Positions 38,595 to 49,177 of a stretch of 64,000 nt of DNA are shown here, piece by piece. Below the pieces are notes generated by a model. The model saw only the letters and a list, made by a program, of their open reading frames with translations. It made no database searches and had not been told where the DNA came from. This DNA is from an uncultured Chlamydiae bacterium (GTDB taxonomy: Bacteria; Chlamydiota; Chlamydiia; Chlamydiales; JAJFMB01), in assembly GCA_963696295.1 (NCBI GenBank), contig CAVOJR010000001.1:2784001-2848000 (forward strand), in the 5' to 3' direction. A program made the translations under genes and the position numbers. How positions within the stretch are numbered: position 1 is the first letter of the stretch; each line of letters begins with the position of its first letter.

Positions 38595-40585
38595 GAAGTG
38601 ATATGTTTGGCAGATTAACTTTAGATGATTTTTTGAATCATGAAGCCAGTCAAAACGTTGCCGTTATCATGATGGTGCTCGGGGCGATTGCCCTTTTCGC
38701 CCTCATCACTTACCTGAAAAGATGGAAGTGGCTCTGGCATGAATGGATCACTACGGTTGATCCTAAAAGAATCGGCATCATGTACATCGTTGTCGTTATT
38801 ATTATGTTCTTCAAAGGTTTTGGCGATGCGATGATGATGAGGCTGCAGCAGGCTTTTTCTGTGGGCGATTCCCACGGTTTCATTTCCGCGGATCACTTTC
38901 AGGAAGTGTTTTCCTCCCATGGAACGACGATGATTTTTTTCGTGGGGATGGGGGCGATTTTTGCCCTGATGAATCTCATTATTCCTTTGCAAATCGGGGC
39001 AAGGGATGTGGCTTATCCCTTTTTAAACGCCCTTGGGTTCTGGCTCTTTGCCGCAGGCGCTATGTTGACGCTCATCTCATTGGCCGTAGGGCCCTTTTCA
39101 GCCGCCGGCTGGCTCGCCTATCCTCCCCTTTCCGGCCTGGAGTATAGCCCAAACCCGGGAGTCGATTGCTGGATTTGGCTTGTGCAGATTGCGGGGATCG
39201 GGAGCACGATGGCCGGAATTAACTTTCTTGTGACGATTTTAAAAATGCGCTGCCCCGGCATGACCTTTATGAAAATGCCGATTTTCGTGTGGAGCTGTCT
39301 CTGCTCGGTGATCCTTGTCATTTTGGCTTTCCCCATTTTGACGGCCACGCTTGTTTTGCTGACTTTGGACCGCTACTTAGGGATGCACTTTTTCACCCCG
39401 GGGGAGGGAGGGAATCCGATGCTCTATGTCAACCTGATCTGGGCTTGGGGGCATCCGGAGGTTTATATTTTAATTCTTCCCGCTTTCGGCGTCTTTTCTG
39501 AAGTGGTGCCCACATTTTCGGAAAAAAGACTTTTCGGCTATGTCTCTATGGTATGGGCCCTGGCCGTTATCGCCATACTCTCCTTTATTGTCTGGCTGCA
39601 CCACTTTTTCACGATGGGGGCAAGTCCTGGCGTCAATGCCTTTTTCGCCTTGATGACGATGCTGATTGCGATACCTACAGGGGTTAAGATATTCAACTGG
39701 CTGTTTACAAAATTCCGCGGACGGGTGCACTTCGATTCCCCCATGCTCTGGTTTTTTGCCTTTGTGCTCAATTTTAGCGTAGGCGGGATGACCGGGATTC
39801 TGCTCTCTGCACCGCCTGTCGATTATCAGACACATAATAGCTTGTTCCTGATCGCCCACTTTCACGGCATGGTGATCGGGGGAGTGCTTTTTGGCTTTTT
39901 CTGCGCCTTTACCTACTGGTTCCCTAAATTCACCGGCTTTCTTTTGTGCGACAATTTGAACAGATACGCTTTCTATTGCTGGTTCACAGGATTTTTAGTC
40001 GCATTTATGCCCCTTTACATGCTCGGCTTTATGGGAGCGACCAGGCGCCTCGATCACTACGATCCCGAAACAGGCTGGCAGCCTATTTTTATCACCGCCC
40101 TGATTGGGATCTTGATTATCATGTGCGGGGCGGCCATTCAGGTTTATGGCCTCTTTAAAAGCATTATCGACCGGGAGAAAAACGCGGATCTCACCGGCGA
40201 TCCCTGGAACGGCAGAACGCTGGAGTGGTCGACCACTTCACCCCCTCCCTACTATAATTTTGCCATTACCCCCATTGTGGACTCAATAGATCCTCTCTGG
40301 GCCGTAAAAAGAGGCGAGGCCCCGCCGCAAGGAGATTATGAGGATATTTATATGCCAAAAAATACTCCGATGGGATTTTATATAGGCCTCTTAGCCATGA
40401 TATTCGGTTTTGCCTTCACTTGGCGTATTTATTGGCTCGTTATCGCAAGCTTTGCCGGCATCCTGGCTTGTGTGATCACCCGCCTTTCCCAACACGATGA
40501 ACATGAGCTCATTCCGGCCGCTAAAGTGAAAGAAATGGATCAAGCGCATAAGAGTATAAAAGGAGAGCCAAAATGGAGTCTTTAA
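38591..40585 (+). CDS. cyoB: Cytochrome o ubiquinol oxidase subunit I
   Basis: WAWGHPEVYILILP, VWLHHFFTMG, AHFH. Confidence 0.97.
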   Translation: MRSDMFGRLTLDDFLNHEASQNVAVIMMVLGAIALFALITYLKRWKWLWHEWITTVDPKRIGIMYIVVVIIMFFKGFGDAMMMRLQQAFSVGDSHGFISADHFQEVFSSHGTTMIFFVGMGAIFALMNLIIPLQIGARDVAYPFLNALGFWLFAAGAMLTLISLAVGPFSAAGWLAYPPLSGLEYSPNPGVDCWIWLVQIAGIGSTMAGINFLVTILKMRCPGMTFMKMPIFVWSCLCSVILVILAFPILTATLVLLTLDRYLGMHFFTPGEGGNPMLYVNLIWAWGHPEVYILILPAFGVFSEVVPTFSEKRLFGYVSMVWALAVIAILSFIVWLHHFFTMGASPGVNAFFALMTMLIAIPTGVKIFNWLFTKFRGRVHFDSPMLWFFAFVLNFSVGGMTGILLSAPPVDYQTHNSLFLIAHFHGMVIGGVLFGFFCAFTYWFPKFTGFLLCDNLNRYAFYCWFTGFLVAFMPLYMLGFMGATRRLDHYDPETGWQPIFITALIGILIIMCGAAIQVYGLFKSIIDREKNADLTGDPWNGRTLEWSTTSPPPYYNFAITPIVDSIDPLWAVKRGEAPPQGDYEDIYMPKNTPMGFYIGLLAMIFGFAFTWRIYWLVIASFAGILACVITRLSQHDEHELIPAAKVKEMDQAHKSIKGEPKWSL

Positions 40586-41199
40586 ATGTTCACCACACCA
40601 GGGATCTTCACGCCGACACGCGGACACCCGACCCCCACCAGGACATTTATTCAAAAAACGTCCTGGGTTTTTGGATATATCTGATGTCGGACTGCCTTAT
40701 CTTTGCAACGCTGTTTACCACCTTCGCCGTGCTTCATGACCAAACTTTCGGCGGACCGTCGTCTAAAGATCTATTTAGTCTCACCACTGCCTTTATTGAG
40801 ACAATGATTCTTTTGTGCAGCACGGTCACTTGCGGTTTTGCCATGATTTCCGCTTTAAAATCCCAGTCAAAGAACGTCGTTATCTGGCTCATCCTCACCT
40901 TTTTATTGGGCGCTTCCTTTGTCGCCATGGAGCTGCATGAGTTTACCCATCTGGCTTTAGAGGGCAACAGCTGGACCAGGAGCGCTTTTTTATCCTCCTT
41001 CTTTACCTTGGTCGGAACGCATGGACTGCACGTAACTTTTGGATTATTATGGATGCTCGTCATGATTATACAAGTGAGCGTGAACGGCATCATCATCGAT
41101 ACCTTCCGAAGACTTGTCATCTTCAGCCTCTTTTGGCACTTTTTGGATCTGGTGTGGATCTTCATATTTACCTTTGTCTACCTTATGGGAGTGATTTGA
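40573..41199 (+). CDS. cyoC: Cytochrome o ubiquinol oxidase subunit III
   Basis: GFWIYLMSDC, LVGTHGLHV, FWHFLDLVWI. Confidence 0.97.
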   Translation: MESLNVHHTRDLHADTRTPDPHQDIYSKNVLGFWIYLMSDCLIFATLFTTFAVLHDQTFGGPSSKDLFSLTTAFIETMILLCSTVTCGFAMISALKSQSKNVVIWLILTFLLGASFVAMELHEFTHLALEGNSWTRSAFLSSFFTLVGTHGLHVTFGLLWMLVMIIQVSVNGIIIDTFRRLVIFSLFWHFLDLVWIFIFTFVYLMGVI

Positions 41200-41200
41200 T

Positions 41201-41542
41201 ATGCATCATGAATTGAATTTGAACGAGATAAAAAAAGAGTATCATGGATCTATGAAGGCCTATGCGATCGGATTTTTCGCATGCCTGATCCTGACCTGCA
41301 CTTCCTTCAGTTTAGTCATTTCAAAAGCCCTTTCCGGACCGGCTCTGGTTTACACTCTCTCCGCTCTTGCCCTTGTGCAGGCGGTTTTCCAGCTGCTTTT
41401 TTTCCTCCATCTGGGCCAGGAGGCTAAACCTCGCTGGGAGACGCTGATATTTTGTTTTATGCTGACTATTCTGATTATTATCGTGGCTGGTTCCATTATT
41501 ATTATGCATGACTTAAACGATCGAATGATGGTGATGAAATGA
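41201..41542 (+). CDS. cyoD: Cytochrome o ubiquinol oxidase subunit IV
   Basis: HGSMKAYAIGF, QLLFFLHL; operon position. Confidence 0.93.
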   Translation: MHHELNLNEIKKEYHGSMKAYAIGFFACLILTCTSFSLVISKALSGPALVYTLSALALVQAVFQLLFFLHLGQEAKPRWETLIFCFMLTILIIIVAGSIIIMHDLNDRMMVMK

Positions 41543-42384
41543 TTAACTATTATTTATTGACAAAACCCGGGATTATCCTTGGCAATCTGGTTCCCTTTGC
41601 CGCGGGATTTTTGCTCGCGTCGCGAGGCGTGATCCATATGCAGATCTTTTTTGCCGCCTTGCTGGGCATGGCCTTTATCATGGCCTCGGCTTGCGTCTTT
41701 AATAATTACATCGACCGCGGGATAGACAAGAAAATGGACCGCACGAAAAACCGGGCCCTGGTGACCGGGTTGATCACACCTGTCAGCGCCATCCTCTTTG
41801 CGATCCTGCTTGGCCTCATCGGCAATCTGATCCTTTACGTCTATACCAATCCACTCGCAGTCGCGGTGGCTGATTTCGGCTTCTTTGTTTACGTCGTTCT
41901 TTACAGCTTCTGGAAGTGCCGCACGATTTACGGAACAGCGATCGGCAGCATTGCCGGAGCGGTTCCCCCCGTGGTCGGCTACTGCGCCGTCAGCCATCAG
42001 TTCGATGCAGGAGCCCTGATCCTGTTTACCATGCTGGTGCTCTGGCAGATGCCCCATTTTTTTGCGATAGCGCTCTATCGCTTTGAAGACTATGCCGCAG
42101 CCGGCATTCCCGTCTTGCCCCTCCAAAAAGGAATAATGAGAACGAAAATCCACATGGCGCTTTATATTCTGGCCTTTATCCTTTCCGCTGCGATGCTCAC
42201 TTATTTCAACTACACCGGCAAGGTTTATTTAACTGTAGCAGCGACATCCGGATTAGTCTGGTTTGCCTTGTCCATGAAAGGGTTTACCAGTGATAACCAT
42301 CAGGTTTGGGGGCGCAATATGTTTGCCGTGTCGCTCCTGATCATCATTTCAATCTGTTTTGCCATTCCCTTTGATGTTGTATAG
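41539..42384 (+). CDS. cyoE: Protoheme IX farnesyltransferase (heme o synthase)
   Basis: LTKPGII.GN, NNYIDRGID..M.RT..R, WQMPHFFAIA. Confidence 0.96.
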   Translation: MINYYLLTKPGIILGNLVPFAAGFLLASRGVIHMQIFFAALLGMAFIMASACVFNNYIDRGIDKKMDRTKNRALVTGLITPVSAILFAILLGLIGNLILYVYTNPLAVAVADFGFFVYVVLYSFWKCRTIYGTAIGSIAGAVPPVVGYCAVSHQFDAGALILFTMLVLWQMPHFFAIALYRFEDYAAAGIPVLPLQKGIMRTKIHMALYILAFILSAAMLTYFNYTGKVYLTVAATSGLVWFALSMKGFTSDNHQVWGRNMFAVSLLIIISICFAIPFDVV

Positions 42385-42510
42385 CAATTCAGTGATATCG
42401 GATTTTCAATTCTGATGTTACTGACCCGTGATATCGGATTATCAATCTGATGTTGTTATCGAAGGTTTTCAATCTGTTTTGCCAGTCTTTTTGATGTTGT
42501 TCAGCATTTG
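42347..42510. repeat. Old, diverged duplication of the cyoE/antiporter convergent junction
   Basis: 42347-42380 vs 42467-42500 match 31/34; two short degenerate copies gtgatatcggatt.tcaat..tgatgtt lie between. Confidence 0.85.
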
Positions 42511-44118
42511 CCTGACCTGATGGGAAAACGACCTCAAGACTTCCCCTTCAGTGCAGATATAATTCACCATTAAGCTGTTTATCAGGGATTTTTCGGCTAT
42601 AAACCGCACTCTTGCGACGATCTCTATGGCGGGATTTAAAAGCCGCGCCTCCCGAATGATTTCCAGGGTTTTTGCCGTGTCGGGTATTGTGATTAAAAGG
42701 ATTTGCGCCTCTTCGATGAAGGCCTGTTTTAAGATGTCCTCCTGCGTGGCGTCGCCGAATATGACATCGTGGTCCCCTTCCAAAGTCACGGTATCGATGT
42801 TGTGTTCAATAATAGTGGGCATGATGCCCGCTTTTTTCAAAATGGCGGACACGTCTCTGCCTATCGTGCCCAATCCGATGACTACCGCTTTTGAAGGGAT
42901 GTTATTTGCCTTGATTTTTGGACTTGTGAATTTTTGAAGCGAGGGTTCAAAGTAGCGCAAGAGCTGAAAGAGGAGCGGGTTGATCGATATGGACACGAGC
43001 GCGCAGGCGACCAGAATATCGTATCCATCTTCCGGAAAGAGCCCCCATTTGAGGGATTCTTCTGCCAGGATAAAGGAAAACTCTCCGATTTGGGCCAGGG
43101 AGATCGCCAAGGTAAGCGCCACTTTTAAGGGATAGCCCATGGTTGTGGTAATCAAATAAGCCACCAGGGGTTTTGCGATCAGGATAACGGAAATGATACC
43201 GGCAAAAACGCTTAAGTGGGACGAAATCGCCTGAGGGTTGAAAAGCATTCCTACGGAGAGGAAAAAGATGATGGCAAAAATGTCCTTGAGAGGTAAAGCG
43301 TTGGCCGCAGCCTGATGTTTGACGCTTGTTTTGCCCACGACCATCCCTGCGATGAAGGAGCCTAAGGCAATTGATGTCCCGAACAGGATTGAGGAGCCGG
43401 CGGCGATAATAAAGACCAAAGCCAGGACGGTTATCGTGAACAATTCATGCGAGCGCAGGCGCGCGATGGGCATTAAAAGATAAGAAACAATTCTATGCCC
43501 GAGGGTGAACATAAAAATAACCAGAACTGCGAATTTTACCAGGGCGACAAACATCGATCCAAAAAAGGTCGCAAAGGAGACGCTTTCACCCGTATAGTAA
43601 GCGCCAAGAGTTGGCAGTAAAATTAAGACAATCACGGTGAAAATATCTTCCACGACGAGCCAGCCTACCGCAATATGCCCTTCCTGGGTGTTCAGCAGGC
43701 GGTTGTCGGACAGCACGCGCACTAAAACGACCGTACTGGCGACGCCGATAGAAAGCCCCATGATTAATCCGGAGGCGACGGACCAGCCGGCGAAGTGCAT
43801 GAGAGCCGTCGTTAGCGCCGCCGCCGCCAAAGTCTGTCCTGTAGCCCCGACAATGGCCACATTTTTTACATTGATCAAATCCTGAAGTTTAAAATGGAGC
43901 CCCACGCCAAAAAGCATCATGATCACACCAACTTCCGCGAGCTGTTCGGAGATGGCGACGTCGGCGACAAAACCGGGAGAATAGGGGCCGATGAGAAACC
44001 CTGCCAGCAAATAGCCAAGAATCGAGGGAAGCCTCACCAGCTGAGCCAGATAGGCAAAAAAGCTTGCGAAGCCGAACCCGATGGTTAAAATAACAACAAT
44101 TTTAAGATTGGGATCCAT
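42469..44118 (-). CDS. CPA2 cation:proton antiporter with TrkA-N domain (YbaL/RosB-like)
   Basis: LMFGVGLHF-like motif, VASTVVLVR, GWLVVED, LAQIGEFSFIL, C-terminal VIGLGTIG. Confidence 0.9.
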   Translation of the reverse strand: MDPNLKIVVILTIGFGFASFFAYLAQLVRLPSILGYLLAGFLIGPYSPGFVADVAISEQLAEVGVIMMLFGVGLHFKLQDLINVKNVAIVGATGQTLAAAALTTALMHFAGWSVASGLIMGLSIGVASTVVLVRVLSDNRLLNTQEGHIAVGWLVVEDIFTVIVLILLPTLGAYYTGESVSFATFFGSMFVALVKFAVLVIFMFTLGHRIVSYLLMPIARLRSHELFTITVLALVFIIAAGSSILFGTSIALGSFIAGMVVGKTSVKHQAAANALPLKDIFAIIFFLSVGMLFNPQAISSHLSVFAGIISVILIAKPLVAYLITTTMGYPLKVALTLAISLAQIGEFSFILAEESLKWGLFPEDGYDILVACALVSISINPLLFQLLRYFEPSLQKFTSPKIKANNIPSKAVVIGLGTIGRDVSAILKKAGIMPTIIEHNIDTVTLEGDHDVIFGDATQEDILKQAFIEEAQILLITIPDTAKTLEIIREARLLNPAIEIVARVRFIAEKSLINSLMVNYICTEGEVLRSFSHQVRQMLNNIKKTGKTD

Positions 44119-44183
44119 GCTTTTTTTTATGCCTAAAGAAAAATATCTTGACCAATCATATTTTCAGGCTTTAAACTGCTGCG

Positions 44184-45077
44184 ATGCAAAAACCAAATTA
44201 CCTCTACAAAATTTTATCCCTCCGCCATTGGCAGGCCACGAAAAACAGGCAGCTCCTCGTTTTGCCAGCTGATGATGATGTTGTCATCCACTTGGCTGCC
44301 GAGGAGCAGCAATCAGCTGACCAATGCGCTATTTTGAAGATCGATGTCTCTAAAATTGAGGGTAATCTTGTACAGGAAGGAGGGCAATACCTCCTTTACA
44401 ACGGATTTATCCCTTTTAGCGCTATTGTGGAAACAAAATGGAATTCCCCGGACAAGCCACGCCTATGTATCGTGCAGGCGGGCGATCCGGTGCTGCGGCA
44501 GCCGGCCAGGGAGCTTAGTCTGGCCGAGATCAGGAGCCAGGAGATTCAAAACCTGATTGAGGAAATGAAGGCGGCCATGCGCGCCGCGCCGGGAGTTGGC
44601 CTTGCCGCCCCGCAAATCGGTAAACCGCTCCAATTGATAGTCATTGAGGATGAAGATCTTACACATCTTTCGGCTGAGCAGCTTCAAGAACGGGACAGGT
44701 ATCCGGTGCCCTTTCATGTGATTATCAACCCTAAAATCTATTTGAAGCAAGGCGAGCGGGCTGAATTTTTTGAGGGGTGTTTGAGCGTCCCGGAGTTTAT
44801 CGGCATGGTTCCGAGGGCTAAAGCCGTGCGCGTAGAGTGCTTAAATGAACATGGCGAACCGGTTGTCATTGAGGCAAAAGGGTGGTATGCACGCATTCTG
44901 CAGCACGAGATCGACCATTTGAACGCCACATTGTATATCGACCGTGCCTATACGCCGACCTTAATGACCGAGGAAAACTACGTCAAATACTGGAAAGGTA
45001 AAAGCATTCCTCAAATCAGAAAAGAACTAACAAATCAAAGCGGCGGGAGCATATCTTCCGGTCCGAAGGTGACATAA
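44184..45077 (+). CDS. def: Peptide deformylase with N-terminal DUF952-like extension
   Basis: GVGLAAPQIG, EGCLS, QHEIDHL; N-terminal YLYKILS..W..IHLA..ILKID..YNG.IP. Confidence 0.88.
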   Translation: MQKPNYLYKILSLRHWQATKNRQLLVLPADDDVVIHLAAEEQQSADQCAILKIDVSKIEGNLVQEGGQYLLYNGFIPFSAIVETKWNSPDKPRLCIVQAGDPVLRQPARELSLAEIRSQEIQNLIEEMKAAMRAAPGVGLAAPQIGKPLQLIVIEDEDLTHLSAEQLQERDRYPVPFHVIINPKIYLKQGERAEFFEGCLSVPEFIGMVPRAKAVRVECLNEHGEPVVIEAKGWYARILQHEIDHLNATLYIDRAYTPTLMTEENYVKYWKGKSIPQIRKELTNQSGGSISSGPKVT

Positions 45078-45538
45078 CCCCCAATAAATCCTGTGATCGA
45101 TACTAAGAGAAACAGGATGAAAAGGGAGAAGCCATACGCTTTGGTCATTCCATAATATTCCCGGATAAAAAGAACCAGCAGGGCAAAGAGCGCTGTGGCA
45201 ATTCCAAAACCCATATGCCAATCAATAAGTTCCTCCAACAGACCGTTGTAAGTGGCCGTATAGCGGTAGAGCAATCCCAGAAGAACGGTTGGAATGGATA
45301 AAACAGCCGCCGACAGGAGCATAAATCTGGCAGCCGCGTCAAGCTGAGGGGAATGGCGCCAAAGAGACAGCAGCTCAGCGATGGCCGTCATGGTGATTAA
45401 GGCGATGGGAAAGTGCAGAAACAATAAATGAAAGGCTCCGGTCCATTTCAGCCATTCCAGCGATTCCATATGTTCATGACCTTCATGTCCATAGAGCATA
45501 GCGCTGAATAGTAATAAACTAATAAAAACTTTTTTCAT
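45035..45538 (-). CDS. DUF2231-like membrane protein
   Basis: GAFHLLFLHFPIAL, ITGFIGGYVTFG; His-rich N-terminus. Confidence 0.75.
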   Translation of the reverse strand: MKKVFISLLLFSAMLYGHEGHEHMESLEWLKWTGAFHLLFLHFPIALITMTAIAELLSLWRHSPQLDAAARFMLLSAAVLSIPTVLLGLLYRYTATYNGLLEELIDWHMGFGIATALFALLVLFIREYYGMTKAYGFSLFILFLLVSITGFIGGYVTFGPEDMLPPL

Positions 45539-46368
45539 ATAATTCCCCCAAGTTTTTCCGGTTGGTTTGTGATAAAATAGTCCACGCCGATCCTCTTATA
45601 CTCCGCCAGGGTCTCTTCGGTATCGAGGGGCGCCGGATGGATGTCTACCCAGGTCATGACCTTTTGCCCTCTTTCGTGGATGGTGCGGACGAGTTCTTCC
45701 GTGATGGCAGGACTTGCCTCCAGGCTGAAGCCGTCCAGATTCGCCGCTGCCTGCAAAAGTTCGTCAAAGGAGGTTTCGGCCACTTGTTTATACAGGCGAA
45801 TATAATAGCAGGGAATGGCGGGAAACCGGGCTTTGATTTCTTTGATCATTTTCAAGCGGAATGAAACGGCGATCACCTCGCAGTCCGCCTCTTTCAGGAT
45901 CTCGTCGACATAGGTAAGTATTTCGCTGTCGGCTTTAAAATCCAGCATCGCGACTTTACCTTTGGGCACCTTTTGCAGCGCCAGTTGCAGCGTAGGCACT
46001 TTGGCTCCCTTAAACTCATCCCCTTTCCAGGCCCCGACGTCGACCGAAAGAATTTCCGCATAATCCAAATTTTCAATGGGGGTGGTGATCACTCTTTGAT
46101 ACTCATCATCAGCAAGTCCGAAGGTGTTGGCGGCCACTCTTTCAAGCGTGGAGTCATGCGCGATAATGACTTGTTTATCTTGGGTGAGCTTCAGGTCGAA
46201 TTCGACGCCCCGAACGCTGCAGCCGCAGGTCATTTCAATGGCTTTAAGGGTATTTTCAGGAGCTAAGGCGGAGGAACCGCGGTGGCCAAAAATTTCCATA
46301 CTGAAAGAACACCTGAGGGTTGTAAGAAAGCAAAGGGTTATCAATAGTTTCATTAATATATTAGTCAA
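45535..46368 (-). CDS. Glycerophosphodiester phosphodiesterase
   Basis: GHRGSS..APENTL, VEFDL..T.D..HD, GVDYFITN.P. Confidence 0.9.
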   Translation of the reverse strand: MTNILMKLLITLCFLTTLRCSFSMEIFGHRGSSALAPENTLKAIEMTCGCSVRGVEFDLKLTQDKQVIIAHDSTLERVAANTFGLADDEYQRVITTPIENLDYAEILSVDVGAWKGDEFKGAKVPTLQLALQKVPKGKVAMLDFKADSEILTYVDEILKEADCEVIAVSFRLKMIKEIKARFPAIPCYYIRLYKQVAETSFDELLQAAANLDGFSLEASPAITEELVRTIHERGQKVMTWVDIHPAPLDTEETLAEYKRIGVDYFITNQPEKLGGII

Positions 46369-46371
46369 TTA

Positions 46372-49038
46372 TTATAGCAGATCCCCGCCGCATTGCTGGA
46401 TCAGCTTGGCGACCAGCCCGGTCCATCCGGTCTGGTGGCTCGCTCCAAGGGCAGCTCCATTGTCTCCGTGAAAATACTCGTTGAATTGCAATAGATTGTG
46501 CCAATGAGGATCTTCGTGATAGAGGCGCTGGTTGCGGTAGATGGGACGTTTGCCCTCTTCATTCTTTAAAAATAGACGCGTCAGCCTCTTGGAAAGCTCT
46601 TTGGCCACATCCCAAAGGTTCAGCAGATTGCCCGAGCCTGTAGGGAACTCCACTTTGAGCGTGTCTCCGTAATAATGGTGATATTTTTGGAGCGATTCAA
46701 TGATGAGGAAGTTAATGGGGAACCAGACGGGCCCCCGCCAGTTGGAGTTGCCCCCAAAGAGCCCGGTTTGCGATTCGGCGGGTTCATAATTGATCGAATA
46801 GTCAATACCATGGGCCTGGAGGGAAAAGGGGTGGGCGGCATGATATTTCGACACGGATCTTAGACCAAACTCAGATAAGAATTCGTTTTCATCCAGCATG
46901 TAGCGGAGGACGCGCACCAGGCGGTCTTTTGGCAGCACGCCGATGATCCGCCTTTCCGCTTCACCGGGCTGAAGCGTGCAGGAAATATTATCTCTCACCT
47001 CAGGGTATTTGGAGAGGAACCATTTCATCCGGCGTCTAAAAACCATCATCGAGTCGAGATGATTCACTTCGACAGTTTCCACCGCGAGCAGGGGAAGCAA
47101 CCCGACCAAAGAGCGCACTTTTAAGGGAGTCACTTCCCCGCTCGGCAGGCTGAGGACGTCGTAAAAAAAGCCATCCTCTTCATTCCAAAGGGAAAGATTC
47201 TTGCCGACGCAATCGATCATGGCGTGGGAGATGCGCAAAAAGTGTTCGAAAAATTTGGTCGCCATATCCTGGTAGACGGAGTCTTTCTTGGCCAGCTCCA
47301 GGGAAATTTTGACCATCAGCATGCAGTAAAAGGACATCCAGGAGGTGGCGTCGGATTGATAAATTGTGCCTCCGGTCGGCAATTTTTTTGCGCTGCGGTC
47401 AAAGATGCTGATATTATCGAGCCCTAAAAATCCCCCTTCGAAGATGTTTTTGCCATCCTTGTCTTTGCGATTCACCCACCAGGTAAAGTTAAGCAGCAGT
47501 TTGTGGAATATGGTTTTAAGAAAAGCCAAATCCTCTTTTCCCCTCCGCTTGGCGTCGATTTGAAAGACGCGCCAGGCTGCCCAGGCGTGGACAGGGGGGT
47601 TGGCGTCGCTAAAATTCCATTCATAGGCCGGCAATTCCCCATTGGGGTGCAAATACCACTCTCTCGTCATCAAGACTAACTGTCTTTTCGCAAAATCGGT
47701 GTCGATCAAACTTAAAGGGAGGCAATGAAAGGCCAAATCCCAGCTGGCAAACCAGGGGTATTCCCATTTATCGGGCATGCAGATCACATCAAAGGCCGCC
47801 AGATGGTCCCAGCCGCTATTGCGTCCGGTGAGGTGGGACACAGGCGGCGGGGGGCGGTGTGGGTCTCCCTGCAGCCACTGTTTCACATCATAATAGTAAA
47901 GCTGCTTTGACCAGAGCATCCCTGCCAGGGCTTGCCGCTGCACATTTTTTTCTTCATCGTCAAGTTTTGGGTTTTGTACGGCCTGGTAAAATTCATCCGC
48001 TTCCTTTAGGCGCTTCTCGAAGATCTCATTAAAATTCTCAAAGGGATTATCCAGTTTGCCCTTGCATAAGCGGAGGTGGTATGTGACAGAGCCTTGAGGA
48101 TCAATGGAGGCCTGGTAATGGACCATCCCTTTGGTGCCGAATTGGTCGGGGTTGACCGCCCCTTTTTCCCCTTTGATGATATAGCGGTGAAACGCGTCTT
48201 TGACATGAGGAGTGAGATTTGGAGCTTTAAAGAGGCGCTCCCGGTCCGTTTCATTTTCCGTAAATGCCATTTCACCTGGGGTTTCGAAAAAAAGGTGATA
48301 TTTTCCAAGGGACGAGTGTTCGACATGGATAGCGTTGTTCTCGCGCCCTTTCCGCATCATCGGTCTCGTGGGCAGATCGATCAGAGGGCCGGTTGTCTGT
48401 CCCCAGCTCCAGGTGTTGCGGAACCAAAGCTGCGGGATGATATGCAGGTCGGCCTTTTCAGCAGAACGATTATGGATGGTCAGCTTGATCAGCATGTCCT
48501 CCAAGTCTGCTTTGGCATATTCGATGAAAACATCGAAGTATTTTTGGTTATCGAAAACCCCAGTGTCCATGAGTTCGTATTCCGGATCGAGTTTGGTCCG
48601 TTTTTTATTCTCTGCGACCAGCTGCTCGTAGGGAAATGGGCTGATTGGATATTTATAGAGCATTTTCATGTAGCTATGGGTAGGTGTCGAATCGAGGTAG
48701 TAGTAGTACTCTTTGACATCTTCTCCATGGTTGCCTTCATAGGGGCTTAAGCCGAAGATCCGTTCTTTTAGGATAGGATCTTTGCCGTTCCAAAGAGCCA
48801 GGGAAAAAAGGAGGTATTGGTCCCGGTCGCAAATCCCGCCTAAGCCGTCTTCGTTCCAGCGATAGGCCCGGCTTCGGGCATGATCATGGGGCAAGTAATT
48901 CCAGGCGTCGCCGTTTGGGCTATAATCCTCCCGCACCGTGCCCCAGGCGCGTTCGCTGACATAGGGGCCCCAATATTTCCAGTTGGCCCGTTGATTGTGA
49001 TACTGGTCAATTCGTTCCTGTTCAGCGCCTGTGGTCAT
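46372..49038 (-). CDS. MGH1-like glycoside hydrolase (GH63-related glucosidase)
   Basis: WGPYVSERAWGTVREDYS, MPDKWEYPWFASWDLAFH, NSNWRGPVWFP, GASHQTGWT. Confidence 0.9.
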   Translation of the reverse strand: MTTGAEQERIDQYHNQRANWKYWGPYVSERAWGTVREDYSPNGDAWNYLPHDHARSRAYRWNEDGLGGICDRDQYLLFSLALWNGKDPILKERIFGLSPYEGNHGEDVKEYYYYLDSTPTHSYMKMLYKYPISPFPYEQLVAENKKRTKLDPEYELMDTGVFDNQKYFDVFIEYAKADLEDMLIKLTIHNRSAEKADLHIIPQLWFRNTWSWGQTTGPLIDLPTRPMMRKGRENNAIHVEHSSLGKYHLFFETPGEMAFTENETDRERLFKAPNLTPHVKDAFHRYIIKGEKGAVNPDQFGTKGMVHYQASIDPQGSVTYHLRLCKGKLDNPFENFNEIFEKRLKEADEFYQAVQNPKLDDEEKNVQRQALAGMLWSKQLYYYDVKQWLQGDPHRPPPPVSHLTGRNSGWDHLAAFDVICMPDKWEYPWFASWDLAFHCLPLSLIDTDFAKRQLVLMTREWYLHPNGELPAYEWNFSDANPPVHAWAAWRVFQIDAKRRGKEDLAFLKTIFHKLLLNFTWWVNRKDKDGKNIFEGGFLGLDNISIFDRSAKKLPTGGTIYQSDATSWMSFYCMLMVKISLELAKKDSVYQDMATKFFEHFLRISHAMIDCVGKNLSLWNEEDGFFYDVLSLPSGEVTPLKVRSLVGLLPLLAVETVEVNHLDSMMVFRRRMKWFLSKYPEVRDNISCTLQPGEAERRIIGVLPKDRLVRVLRYMLDENEFLSEFGLRSVSKYHAAHPFSLQAHGIDYSINYEPAESQTGLFGGNSNWRGPVWFPINFLIIESLQKYHHYYGDTLKVEFPTGSGNLLNLWDVAKELSKRLTRLFLKNEEGKRPIYRNQRLYHEDPHWHNLLQFNEYFHGDNGAALGASHQTGWTGLVAKLIQQCGGDLL

Positions 49039-49177
49039 ATTTTCTCCTTAGTTGCTACACTAATCGGGAATAAAACTATTGTAAACAAAAATGTTTAAAC
49101 TGCAGAGGATATTTCCTTGCTCTTATTTTCTTCATTCGGTTATAAGAGTTTTTCACACATTTAAAAAAGACATTTCT

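Noticed and set aside
45035..45077. Convergent overlap of def and DUF2231 (43 bp); also 36079-36095 and 1263-1266
   Set aside because: Ordinary unresolved overlaps with no duplication seen; useful only as controls for the duplication finding.
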